DNA of 64,000 nt from the NCBI GenBank assembly GCA_964016885.1, contig OZ024743.1, positions 176,576,001 through 176,640,000 on the forward strand. Reading direction: 5' to 3'. Origin of the DNA: Eledone cirrhosa (Eukaryota). Positions 14,757 through 26,590 of this stretch are shown piece by piece. A model generated the notes under the pieces. That model was given only the letters and a program-made list of their open reading frames with translations. It was not told where the DNA came from and made no database searches. Each line of letters begins with the position of its first letter. The first letter of the stretch is position 1. The position numbers and the translations under genes are program-made.

Positions 14757-15312
14757 ATGGTGGCTGCCAACTCGTTTTCGAGTACGGCCACTACTTTATA
14801 TCCATGTAGGAGAACCCCTACCGATACGCTGAACGAGTATGACATTTTAGTCCAGCCAGCGACTTGAAAACTCTGGTACAAACACTACACTTGTGACAAT
14901 TATTGACGCATAGTGCTGGGCCCATGGTACCATGTGTCGACAAGTGCAGAGAGATCTCTAGATATAAAGCAATGCCTGTGCCGTGAAGCTTTTATAGTGA
15001 GCAAAGGCTCTGCACAAAGCCAGTCCCACTCTCTTAACCAAGATGATATTTACCAAAAAGAAGAACAAGTCAACATCATTGGATACCATCAGGGTTGCAG
15101 GTGTTATATCAGAGTTTTCCTTCTCCTAGAATTCTGCCTTGACAAAGGCTAAGGGGTCATCTCTCCTGGTGATATTGGATGGCCATTGACTCTTAAGAGC
15201 TCCTTTGCCCTTTGACAGGTTTTGTTTTTAGACCTGCAGGATGTCCAAAGTCACCCTCCTCACCAAGAAACCTTGGTGGGGTTGCCAGTTTAGTCGCCAA
15301 CGACCCGACCAT
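14757..15312 (-). mobile_element. Internally deleted (bipartite) RTE-derived non-autonomous element
   Basis: Minus strand starts ggtcgggtcgttggcgactaaactggcaacccc (RTE-like 5' end, from recall) and ends with HKCSVCTRVFKSLAGLKCH plus a tail similar to the other RTE 3' ends. Confidence 0.55.
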
Positions 15313-16509
15313 GAGATACATACATATATATATACATATATATATACCCGACCATGAGATACATACATACATACATATATACATACATACATTTACGTAT
15401 GTATATAGCCATGCATTTATACATTTGTATATAGACATGCATTTATATATAAGTGTGGAAGGATGTTGACATGATTTATGTTGTTTTTTGGGGGGTAAGG
15501 AGATCACTTTTGTTTCCAGATTTTATTACCTAGGGAGATTAAATACCTCAGCTCTGGCTGAAAGCTGACCAAGTTCTCAACCTCATCAAACACTAACGCC
15601 GGTTTCTGCGTGTATATATGTGTATGTATGTATGTATGTATGTATGTATGTATGTACGTATGCATGTGGGTGTATGTTCGTATGTATATATATGTATACA
15701 CCCACACCTTTCACCAGCAATGCTTCTTTTTGTTGTCATTTTTGTTGAAGTTGTTCTTGTAACTGTTGTAAAAGTTGAAGTTGCTCTTATTTTATTTTAT
15801 TTGATTTCTTTTGTTTTCTTTTATCTCCCTAGGGAATTCATTGACAAGCTTCTTTTATTTATTTTCTTCTTTTTCTTCATTCAAATGCATTCACATTGGC
15901 TGTCTAAGGGACGTACAAATATGACTTAAAAACTTACTAAACTAAAGGGGTTTCCAGCACCCCCAAATCTTCAAACGTCGCCTTGCTCCAAAACGCCCCC
16001 AACCTCTACCCTACCCCCTGGAGCTCCGTTGAGAATCTTTAGACTAGAGCAAAGTGAAATAAAGTGCCTTGCTCAAGAGTATAACGCTCCACTAGGAATC
16101 GAACTTACAAGCTGACGAGCTTACGATCGTGAGACAAATAACCTTGCAAATAATCAATACACATATACAGACAAAGACCTATACACACAGATGCGCGCAC
16201 ACAGATACACACACACACACACACATAAACACAGAGACACAAATATGCACATACACATACACACACATATACGCGCACACAGATACACACACACATGAGC
16301 ACACATTCACACATGAAAAGTCGTTGCTTAGTTGTTATATACATACACATTTGGGACTGAAACACACATGTATAACTTATGTAGAATAAAGAATTCATCT
16401 ATAAATTCCAGTAAATACTACGTTGTGTTGGTTCATCATTCTATGGCAGCATTCCTTGTTTTTATACATAAATACATACTAACACTTATACATACATATA
16501 CATACACAG

Positions 16510-16640
<131 letters not shown>

Positions 16641-16689
16641 TATATATATATATATGCATAATATATATATGTGCATATATATATATATA

Positions 16690-18380
16690 ATTAACAACAA
16701 AGAACGCTTAGAGCATAGGTATATCTTTACTTGCTGACAGTGTTTCGTCCACACTATAAGTGGGACTCATCAGAGCATAAAGAGTGATTACATATTACAC
16801 AAGCAATAACAAATCCAAGACATTGAAGAAATAAAAAATAAACATTGAAAAATAAGCATTGAAAAATAAGAAGTGCTAACAGTCACAGTTGGGCAGGGTG
16901 CTGTTAACATACAGTTACATACAAGCATACGCATAAGCATGAGCACCCGCATGCAACCACACAACAGGCAGCCATATGCAACACATATAGTATAGACTAA
17001 TACAAATAACCAATACAATAACATATCATGGACGAGTATGCAAAACCTAAGAGATGAATGGTGGATATACAATGGGTAAAAATACAATGGGTAAAAGTAA
17101 GATAAACAAAGGATAGAAATAGATTAACCATAGATAAAAAATAGATTAACCATGGATAAGAGAAAGAGAATAGATAAGGAATAGACAAGAATAGATAAAA
17201 TAGATAGGAGTAGATAAAAATAGATAAAAAATAGATAAAAAATGGATAAAAAATAGACAAATAATATATATAAAAAATATAAAAAATATATATATAAAAA
17301 ATACAGATAGTAGAGATAAAGGGTAAAGAATAAAATAAAATAAAATTATATAAAATAAAATACAATGAAATAAAATAAAATAAAGTAAAGTGAGATAAGA
17401 TATATATTTTGAGAATATATTTCTTGAATATATCAGGGGCACACGAACGCCTTACGTGTTACAGTTAGCCATATCACAACAATCAAATGCACAAATGAGA
17501 TTTATAATCAACAGGTGCTATGTCCACACTCGATTGAGTTGACCATTGCAATGCAATGGAGACATCCCAGGTTAGGCAGTCGCAGAAGTTCACACTCTAA
17601 AGTCACGGGTGTGCATTCACACAGTTGAGCGGTGGGGCAATCACAAAAGGTTCACACTCAAGGCAGGAATCCATTGGTCAACAGAGGCATATCCACATCA
17701 CTAGCGAGGACATATGCAAGGAAGGTAGGTAAATTCACGGGCAGATAACTGAGTGTCACAACATCACAAGGCAGCAAGCAAAATCGTTTACATCAACATG
17801 AACATCAAGAGGCAGATAAGCGGACCGAAAACAAGCAAGTGCAGGTGGGCTAGCCGAAAGCAAGCAAATACAGTTGGGTTAGGCGGGTTAATATGCATAC
17901 TCAACAGCGCATATAAAAAATATAAAAAATAGCTTCAAATGCCAATATCCATGAGATCACAACATTGATGCATCCCAAGATTATACAACAATATGGTTAG
18001 TACGTATATGCATATACACACACCACATGCATATGCAGAGACGGTATACATATATATATATATTTATATATAGACATATACAACCACCTACACCCATACA
18101 CATATAGATGTATATACAGACACACACGCACACACACACAGCGTAGGACACCCGGGTCAAAGCGGATATAATACACAGAAATATCACATTAGGCCAACAA
18201 AGGTAGAACAGTCGCTCACACTGGTCACAGATAATACATTCAAGATAAATTCTTACGAGGAGATGCAGCAAAATTGATCAAAGTAAATTCCTACGAAGAT
18301 ATGCATGTCCACACGTGTAGTCCGATTCGAGTGTAAACAGACCGTTAATAACTACGGAGGGCTATCGGGGCCAAAACGTT
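16690..18380 (-). mobile_element. Putative non-coding PLE-related insertion with a terminal HHR and A-rich internal low-complexity tract
   Basis: Bounded by (TA)n arrays; canonical HHR ~35 nt from the left end; no recognisable ORF; right boundary uncertain. Confidence 0.4.
16724..16783 (-). ncRNA. Type I hammerhead ribozyme with canonical core
   Basis: Minus strand tcttta TGCT CTGATGA GTCC cacttatagtgt GGAC GAAAC act GTC AGCA ag taaaga: GUC triplet, bulged extended stem I. Confidence 0.9.
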
Positions 18381-18428
18381 ACATATATATGCATATAATT
18401 TTATATATATATGCATATAATTTTCCGT

Positions 18429-18504
<76 letters not shown>

Positions 18505-18616
18505 TAAGAGGAATTCCTACTTTGTCTGATTTACTCGTTTTATTTACAATCCTTTAAAATATATAATGGTATTATAATGAAATAGTATGATACAATATTA
18601 AATTCTAAGTGTTGAT

Positions 18617-18655
18617 TGAACAAGTACTTTCATGCTTTCGCAATCTTCAGGTTCA
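18617..18655 (-). ncRNA. Minimal type I hammerhead ribozyme
   Basis: Minus strand TGAAC CTGAAGA t TGC gaaa GCA t GAAAG ta CTT GTTCA; palindromic stem III AAGTACTT. Confidence 0.75.
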
Positions 18656-18708
18656 TAATTTTCAGGTTCATAATATGTGGTGACAGTCGAGTTTGCAATT
18701 TTCAACTA

Positions 18709-18803
<95 letters not shown>

Positions 18804-18894
18804 GCATATATATTTACATATACATATATATGTTTACACACAATGTGTGTGTTTATACACATACCCGCGCGCACACATACACACACACACACAT

Positions 18895-18927
<33 letters not shown>

Positions 18928-19200
18928 ATGAAATAGTTCATTTAAATATTTATTCCAGAATTTCATGGGCTTATTATATGGTTAGATTTAATATTACTGT
19001 AATATTTATAACGTTTTTTATAGAACTGTCCTATTCACACTTTTTGACTGTTCTTTTTTCATCTAGATTTTAATTTTTATGCCCCCCTCCCCCTCTCAGC
19101 TATTCTCTATATTTTCCTCTTACAGTTGTATGATTTATATATTTTTGTTGTTTTCTTGCGCTTTTGAATATGAATTTCATTTCCACTCAAAGTGTATGCA

Positions 19201-19276
<76 letters not shown>

Positions 19277-19491
19277 TATATTTCGTTTCTGAATTTGTTT
19301 AGCAAGATTCTTTATCTAAAATCGTGTGTTGAAACCGATATTGTTATACTTTGGGAGGGTCATGTTGCCAATAAGAAACACACGCACCAGTTGCTTTCAC
19401 TTCAATTTATTATAATAAATTTATAAATTTAGGAATTTATAAATTTCTGGTTGGTTGGTTGGTTCCACAACCAGATGGTTGTTTATATATT

Positions 19492-19534
19492 GTCAAAGTT
19501 CTTTCGTCACACATTCTGTGACCTCTTCAGTGAC
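19492..19534 (-). ncRNA. Minimal type I hammerhead ribozyme in the PLE pseudo-LTR (left arm)
   Basis: Minus strand GTCA CTGAAGA G GTCACA gaatg TGTGAC GAAAG aa CTT TGAC. Confidence 0.75.
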
Positions 19535-20112
19535 TGGGGATTCTTTTCTTTGTTTTTGTGCCTCTCCTACGCCATTTTGTTTCTGTGTGTGTGTTGTGTA
19601 CTCAGTTTGCGCATGCGCCACATCCGGGTGTCTGTGTGTGTTTATATTTGTTTATTTATTTGTTTATTTACATGTTACCGGTTGGTTGGTTGTTCTATGT
19701 GTGTGTGTGTTTTCATGTTGTCCTTAATTGTAAGTTGTGATGTTGCTGTTCCACTCATATTTTCTATTTAATTTTGGTTGTAATTCTTTTATGTTTATTG
19801 CCTCTGTGATTTGTCTAAACATTGCGTCTTTTCTGTGTGTAGATTCTATTTTATTTCTATGTTCTCTAATTTACCCTTATGTTCCATTTTAGCATGTTGG
19901 TAGAGTACAGATGATTCTTTACTATCTTGAAGGTCTCGCCAGTGTTCATTTATCCGTTCCACTACACTACGAGCTGTCTCACCTATGTACACTATATTTT
20001 TGTCTCTACATTGTCCTTCAGTACATCTTATGCTATACACTACATTTCTAGTTTTACAGTTAATATGGGGGCTTATTTTACAGGTTATACATTTCTTATC
20101 TATACAGGGGGG

Positions 20113-21515
20113 TCTTTGGCATAATGGGAATGGAGGATTTGATTTTTGTTATTAATGGTATCTAACCAGAGCTCTGTGTCTAGTACAGGTAATCGATGGT
20201 TGGGGTGTTTACTTGGGTAGTCTATAGTAAATCGAATACTCTGGTGGATGGAGTTAGCTATTTGCTGGATGCTTTCCATTGTGTTTTTCTCTAGTTCCTG
20301 ACTGTTCTCTAGTGGTGGTGTCTTAACTACGATGTTTATATCGTCAACGTAGCGGGAGTACATTATCAGAGTTAAGGGGTCTTCTAATTGTTCTTTAAGT
20401 TTAAGTTTAAGTCTACTGTCCCACGATACCATGAATAAGTTAGCTATGTCGCCTGCAATGCTAACACCAATGGCTGCTCCTTCCTCTTGGGCATATGTTT
20501 TTCCATTAAATTTGAACATATGTTCCCCAAGGGTTAGTTTTATGCTGGCCCCTACCGCATGTGCAATCATTTTCTTCAGTTCATCGTGGTTTTCGGGTGT
20601 CCGTATGGCTCTGGTCCACCCGTTCCATCTATCTGTGTGGGTTTTCTTGGCCATTGAGGTAATGGTGGGTGGTCTGCCTCTTGCTGGTCTTATAGGGCAC
20701 AGGTTGCTAAGGTCATATGTGTCTAGGTAATTATTATTATAGGTAAGTTTAAGTAGGAGTCCCAGCTCACTGGTATCAATCCCACGGAACTCAACATTGC
20801 TCTCACTGATCATTTCTACGAATTTCTCCACAGCAAAATCCACGTCAATAGATGGATACAGGGACACAACATCCATACTACCTATTATGCAGTTTGTTAG
20901 GTCCCTAGATCGGTTACTCTCGCCGATTCTGCTGAGGAGGTCCTCTGTGCTGTCACATACATCTGGGGACATTTCAATGATGGGGCGTATGATCAGGGAG
21001 AGGAAGTAGGACAGTCTGTAGTTGCTAGCAATGTTAGCCCCACGGACTGGCCGTGTTGGTGGTCCCGTGACAGGGTCACTGCCCGCTTTATGGTCTTTTC
21101 GAAGCCCATACAACGCCGGCACGTCATTGTTCCATGCCTGGAAGTTGTTGGCAGTCCTTTTGTTGGGCTGCATTATATTCGTCCACATCACCATATGAGC
21201 ATTGAGGGCTGTTTCTCTATCCTCATGCTCCTGTGGTCTTACCTCTCTTGTGTTAGTGATGTGGGGTTGCATTGCCTGGATGTAGTTTGGCAGGCTGTCA
21301 ACCGACATTCTGCCAGACTTGTCTGTTGGAAAGCATGCTATCTCTCCATTACGCGTGCGCTGCATGAGCTTATGCAAGCCATTTGCAGATTTTTCTCCCA
21401 GTTGCTGGGCCTCCATTCTATTATGCTTCTTGCTATACTGTTCTATAATATTTCTAAGTTCGGATTTAGCTATACTAAATTGTGCTTCTGTTTGTTCATC
21501 GACCTGCGACGGCAA
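20113..21515 (-). pseudogene. PLE reverse transcriptase (5'-truncated, thumb/linker deleted)
   Basis: Motifs PTDKSG, LYGLRKDHK, TRPV, GSMDVVSLYPSI (A), QEEGAAIG...IANLFM (B'), RYVDD (C), LPVLD (E). Confidence 0.92.
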
Positions 21516-22468
21516 GAGCTCTGGTTAGATACCATTAATAACAAAAAACAAATCCTCCATTCCCATTATGCCAAACCCATGACTTCCAAACATCTGATCC
21601 ACCGAAACTCGGCTGTTTCGGACCATACCAAAATCAACATACTGATTGCGGATTTGGTACGGGTGATGAGAAACGTGTCCCGCATGTGCAACCCCGAAGA
21701 ACTAGAGAGACACATACAGCACTTCATCCACCGTATGCAGTTCTCTGGTTACAATCAGAGAGATAGAATCAGAGTGTATAGAGGAGCCAGAACCAAATGG
21801 GAAAAAATGGTAAGTAATGACACAAATGGGACCTGCCCCTTGTATAGGAGCAAATTTTGGAATAGAATAGAAAGAACTAGGAATAAGGCTAATAGAATAA
21901 ACTCATGGTATGATAGCAATTAATACCAGAGTGTAATGTTCATCGATACAACCCCTAGAGGTGAATTAGCTTACAAATTTAGAAGGGCCCTAAATAAACA
22001 TAAACTCAATATTAAGATAGTAGAAAGACCAGGTACCTCCGTAAAAACACTTAATAGCAAGACATACCCTTTCCAAAGACCCCCCTGTATAGATAAGAAA
22101 TGTATAACCTGTAAAATAAGCCCCCATATTAACTGTAAAACTAGAAATGTAGTGTATAGCATAAGATGTACTGAAGGACAATGTAGAGACAAAAATATAG
22201 TGTACATAGGTGAGACAGCTCGTAGTGTAGTGGAACGGATAAATGAACACTGGCGAGACCTTCAAGATAGTAAAGAATCATCTGTACTCTACCAACATGC
22301 TAAAATGGAACATAAGGGTAAATTAGAGAACATAGAAATAAAATAGAATCTACACACAGAAAAGACGCAATGTTTAGACAAATCACAGAGGCAATAAACA
22401 TAAAAGAATTACAACCAAAATTAAATAGAAAATATGAGTGGAACAGCAACATCACAACTTACAATTAA
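21516..22468 (+). pseudogene. PLE RT thumb, Cys-rich linker and GIY-YIG endonuclease (in-frame stop at 21921, frameshift at ~22343)
   Basis: HYAKPM..SAV..K thumb; CIDKKCITC..C linker; NVVYSIRC..C..YIGETARS..ERINEH..H..H. The shifted frame continues IESTHRKDAMFRQITEAINIKELQPKLNRKYEW to TAA at 22468. Confidence 0.9.
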
Positions 22469-22669
22469 GGACAAAATGAAAACACACACACACATAGAAC
22501 AAACAACCAACCGGTAACATGTAAATAAACAAATAAATAAACAAATATAAACACACACAGACACCCGGATGTGGCGCATGCGCAGACTGAGCACACAACA
22601 CACACACAGAAACAAAATGGCGTAGGACAGAACAAAGGAGAGGCACAAAAACAAAGAAAAGAATCCCCA

Positions 22670-22712
22670 GTCACTGAAGAGGTCACAGAATGTGTGACGA
22701 AATAACTTTGAC
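22670..22712 (+). ncRNA. Minimal hammerhead ribozyme in the PLE pseudo-LTR (right arm; stem III mutated)
   Basis: GTCA CTGAAGA G GTCACA gaatg TGTGAC GAAAt aa CTT TGAC. Confidence 0.65.
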
Positions 22713-22861
22713 AATATATATAAACAACTATCTGGTTGTGGAACCAACCAACCAAACCAGAAAATTATAAATTCCTAAATTTATAAATTTATTATAATAA
22801 ATTGAAGTGAAAGCAACTGGTGCGTGTGTTTCTTATTGGCAACATGACCCTCCCAAAGTAT

Positions 22862-22902
<41 letters not shown>

Positions 22903-22909
22903 AATGTAT

Positions 22910-23441
22910 ATCATGGCTGCAAACTCGTGTTCCAATACTACCATCGCCTGATAAAATGGTAAAAGAATGCGAAGCATGAATGTGGCTCATTAAACCAGCC
23001 AAAGTCTTGCACCCTCTAGCACATATATGGCAACTGCAGGCTGCTCCGGGACTTTCCATTGCTTTGTTCTGGCTGTGTTCTCATGTGTCTTTTCAGCCCT
23101 CCCATGCTAGCACGCTCCTTGCCACATTCCTTACACCGTTTCAGATCATAATCTACATGAGGTCTACTGATATGACTTTGTTCGTGTCTAGTCTAGTCAA
23201 ACCAGCTTTATTCAGGCAGATTCAACCACACCTCTGGCAAACCAGATGATGTTCAACACCAGGTAGTTCAGAATAGTTTCTTTTCCTTACCCTCCTTTTC
23301 AGTGTAAGGTGTTCTCTCCGACCAGTTTCAAAGTGTTCACTGCCTGACTTCACACGCTCATCAGCCATTTTCCCCAATTCGTCAAATGAAATTCCAGCAC
23401 AAGCCAAGGTGTCCGTGACACGGTCCCCGTACCGCATTTTT

Positions 23442-23443
<2 letters not shown>
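22910..23443 (-). mobile_element. RTE-clade LINE 3' end fragment
   Basis: PKMRYGDRVTDTL..GISFDELGKMADER..FETGRR..LKRRVRK followed by C2H2 fingers (SCHICARGCKTLAGLMSH), typical of the RTE ORF C-terminus. Confidence 0.8.
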
Positions 23444-23481
<38 letters not shown>

Positions 23482-23513
23482 TGGGGTTAATCGAAAAGTG
23501 ATGTGTGGACCAC

Positions 23514-23790
23514 ATAATTGTTTCTACTTTAGGCACAAAGCCAGCAATTAACCAGTGCATTACTGGTACTTTATTTTATCGACCCCGTAAGGATGAAAGG
23601 CAAAGTCAACCTCGGCGGGATTTGAACTCAGATCGTAAAGGGACGTAACTATGCTGGAAAGCATGGCGTCCGACCCTCTACCGATACTGCCAATCCACCG
23701 CCTAGTATTTTGGGGTCAATAAAATAAAGTACCAGTAATGCACTGGGATAATTGCTGGCCTGGTGCCAAAAGTAGAAACAATTATTATTG
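23514..23790. mobile_element. Full - strand SINE joined to a + strand SINE 3' half
   Basis: 23514-23702 (-) and 23712-23790 (+). Confidence 0.85.
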
Positions 23791-24008
23791 ATGTTCGATA
23801 TAACCCATACATAGTATTTTAAATCCACATAATGGTCTTTCAGTTGCGAAGCAGATAAGGAGAAGCGCTCAACGACCTGTATAAATGGCGCAAGTCGGAA
23901 CATTATATATTAATAAAAGATCAGAGGCCATATTAAGGTGATTCAGGTTTATTTAAAACTCCTTTATATATATTTCAGTGAGTACTAGCATTTATGATAC
24001 CCTGAGCT

Positions 24009-24087
<79 letters not shown>

Positions 24088-24160
24088 GAGGCTCCAACCG
24101 TGAAGGTTGTATTTTTTCAGGGTATGTCAATATTTATTTATAAAACTAATCTATATTATA

Positions 24161-24222
24161 TTTTATCTGATGAAAGCGCACCATAATCTGCTTTGGTGGC
24201 CCTTGAAATATGTATAATGAAA
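24161..24222 (+). ncRNA. Type I hammerhead ribozyme, partly decayed stem II
   Basis: TTTTAT CTGATGA AAG cg CACCA taatctgctt TGGTG gcc CTT GAAA TA tg TA TA ATGAAA. Confidence 0.65.
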
Positions 24223-24513
24223 TAAATATGGTTTTATAAACATAGTTTCCGTTTGTTTATATATATATATATATATATTTATATATAAACATATATATAT
24301 TTGTTTGTGTATGCGTGTGTGTGTGTGTTGGCAAAGTCTTATATATATATAATTATAGTTATATATTATAGTTATATATATATAATTCGCAGTATATGTT
24401 CGCAGTATACGTTCACAGTATCCGGTTCTCTGAGCCCTAACCCCCAATCATGCCGACTTTGTCGACTTTAAATTTCATTCCTATGGGGTCTAGAATGGTT
24501 TCTAGTATTTTAA

Positions 24514-24702
24514 ATAATTGTTTCTACTTTAGGCACAAGGCCAGCAATTACCCAGTACATTACTGGTACTTTATTTTATCGAACCCGTAAGGATGAAAGG
24601 CAAAGTCAACCTCGGCGGGATTTGAACTCAGATCGTAAAGGGACGTAACTATGCTGGAAAGCATGGCGTCCGACCCTCTACTGATACTGCCAATCCACCG
24701 CC
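24514..24702 (-). mobile_element. Young Meta/MESC-like SINE with target-site duplication
   Basis: ctagtattttaaataat on both sides. Confidence 0.9.
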
Positions 24703-25115
24703 TAGTATTTTAAATAATGATTTCTAGTATTATGCGGTCTATAATAAAATGTAACAGATATAAAAAGAGTACGGTTGATTCACGCTCTGTATTTATTCCT
24801 TATATCAGTTCTCACAATGTCTTTATACAGCTCTGGAAAATCTAGAGAGGACATTGTCCTCAACGGGATTACTGAGGCCCAAAACGTCATTATTGTGCCA
24901 TTATAATTTCTTTTAAGAGCTTAAAGAAAAATATATAATGCTCTCATCTATTCATTAATCCATCCCTTCTACTGTTGGACATTATATATATATGCCTAAT
25001 TGTCAACAGAAGGGCACCCATGAGTCAGGACCTGAACGCGGCTCAGTCCCCTTAAGAGCCGAAACGCACACGCACACATATACATATATATATATATAGT
25101 TTTAATATAGATGAG

Positions 25116-25158
25116 ATTCTACAGGACTAGAACTGTTTCATTCTTTAGAAATCATCAG

Positions 25159-25162
<4 letters not shown>
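25116..25162 (-). ncRNA. Type I hammerhead ribozyme
   Basis: Minus strand ATTC CTGATGA t TTC taaa GAA t GAAA CAG ttctagtc CTG TA GAAT (GUA triplet). Confidence 0.75.
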
Positions 25163-25196
<34 letters not shown>

Positions 25197-25207
25197 TGAC
25201 AAAGGAA

Positions 25208-25248
25208 CGCTGTACTAGTTTCAAGCTTATTAGCTATCGTCAGCAACG
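25208..25248 (-). ncRNA. Minimal type I hammerhead ribozyme
   Basis: Minus strand CGTTG CTGACGA t AGCT aata AGCT t GAAAC ta GTA CAGCG; palindromic stem III ACTAGT. Confidence 0.8.
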
Positions 25249-25620
25249 TATACCTTCCTGCCAAATGGTTGAACGTCTGAAAGTATATACTTTCCTTATG
25301 CATATTAACGGCTGAGCAGCCTAATTTGCATATCGAGTGAGTTAATCGGCCGGGGTACCGAAAACGATAAACGGAAAAAATGAAACGAAATTTCATTTCT
25401 CGCTCTTAGTACGGCTGTTACTTAAATATAAGTATGTATACGTACATACATATATGTATACAGACGTACAGTAGTATCTATATATATATACATACATGCA
25501 CACATATATATATATATATGTACGTATGGATTCACCGAACATATATATATATAATTAGTATTATATATATTTATATATATATAATCGTGCTTCAAATCGA
25601 GTTGTTTCTTTAGAAACGAA

Positions 25621-25808
25621 TTTGGCAGTATCGGTAGAGGGTCGGGCGCCATGCTTTGAAGCATAGAGTTACCTCCCTTTATGATCTGAGTTCAAATCCC
25701 TCGGAGGTTAACTTTGCCTTTCATCCTTATGGGGTCAATAAAATAAAGTACCAGTAATGCACTGGGATAATTGGTGGCCTGGTGCCAAAAGTAGAAACAA
25801 TTATTATT
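25621..25808 (+). mobile_element. Meta/MESC-like SINE
   Basis: Near-consensus copy. Confidence 0.88.
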
Positions 25809-25884
25809 GATGTTCGATATAACCCATACATACATATGTATATGTATATATGTGTGTGTATGTATATATGTGTGTGTATGTATA

Positions 25885-25925
<41 letters not shown>

Positions 25926-25946
25926 ATGTATATATATATATATAAA

Positions 25947-25997
<51 letters not shown>

Positions 25998-26170
25998 ATT
26001 TGTGCATACTTACATTTATCTATCACTGTGCTAGGGCGAGAAATAAAATTCTAATTTTATTTTTGATATTCGCCAAGGCCAACCGTAACATGCTTATGAG
26101 GCTAATCAGCCGATGTATACTTAAGAAAATGCTATATATCTTCAACATTTCAACAGACTGGCAAAGATAT

Positions 26171-26213
26171 ACAGTCCTGGTGAGGGGTAATGACCCAGAA
26201 ACATGTTGGTTGT
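26171..26213 (+). ncRNA. Decayed minimal hammerhead ribozyme (A6G core change)
   Basis: ACAGTC CTGGTGA g GGGT aatg ACCC a GAAAC at GTT GGTTGT; palindromic AACATGTT. Confidence 0.55.
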
Positions 26214-26337
26214 TCCTTAGAGCCAGTTTTGAACAAACAGGTGACGATCGGGCTCGTTTGTTTACAAACAAATCGAAAATTATTATTGATGTTCGATATA
26301 ACTCATACGTACATATGTATATGTATGTATATGTGTG

Positions 26338-26393
<56 letters not shown>

Positions 26394-26397
<4 letters not shown>

Positions 26398-26590
26398 AGA
26401 AAGTATGACCTCGACGGCAGAGCTCAAGCCGTTTCGACTCTGGACTAAAGTAGTCCAGAAATAGCCGTCGAAACGGCCTGTGCTCTGCCGTCAGGGTCAT
26501 ACTTTTTCCTATTACCCACTCTACTGCCCTAAGTATTGAGTACTCTGGTGCGTTATGGTCCATCTGGTTCCTTACCACAAATCCTTCGTT
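26394..26590. mobile_element. Fold-back family B copy 2 (opposite orientation)
   Basis: Imperfect palindrome centred near 26447, followed by tail ...ttccttaccacaaatccttcgtt; (TA)n on both sides. Confidence 0.85.

Larger units (their letters stand above)
19281..22869. mobile_element. Penelope-like retroelement (PLE), 5'-truncated, two arms in inverted orientation, inserted in (TA)n
   Basis: 19338-20112 is the reverse complement of ~22078-22869. RT on the - strand, thumb plus GIY-YIG on the + strand, HHR in both terminal repeats, extra 57-bp tail (19281-19337) on the left arm, (TA)n on both flanks. Confidence 0.93.

Noticed and set aside
21090-21515. N-terminal part of the 277-aa + strand ORF
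   Set aside because: Antisense read-through of the RT arm; only the part after 21516 is PLE protein
26090-26120. CTTATGA GGCT aatc AGCC GATG hammerhead-like motif
   Set aside because: Both core halves are mutated and stems I/III are absent; at most a relic, not listed as a feature
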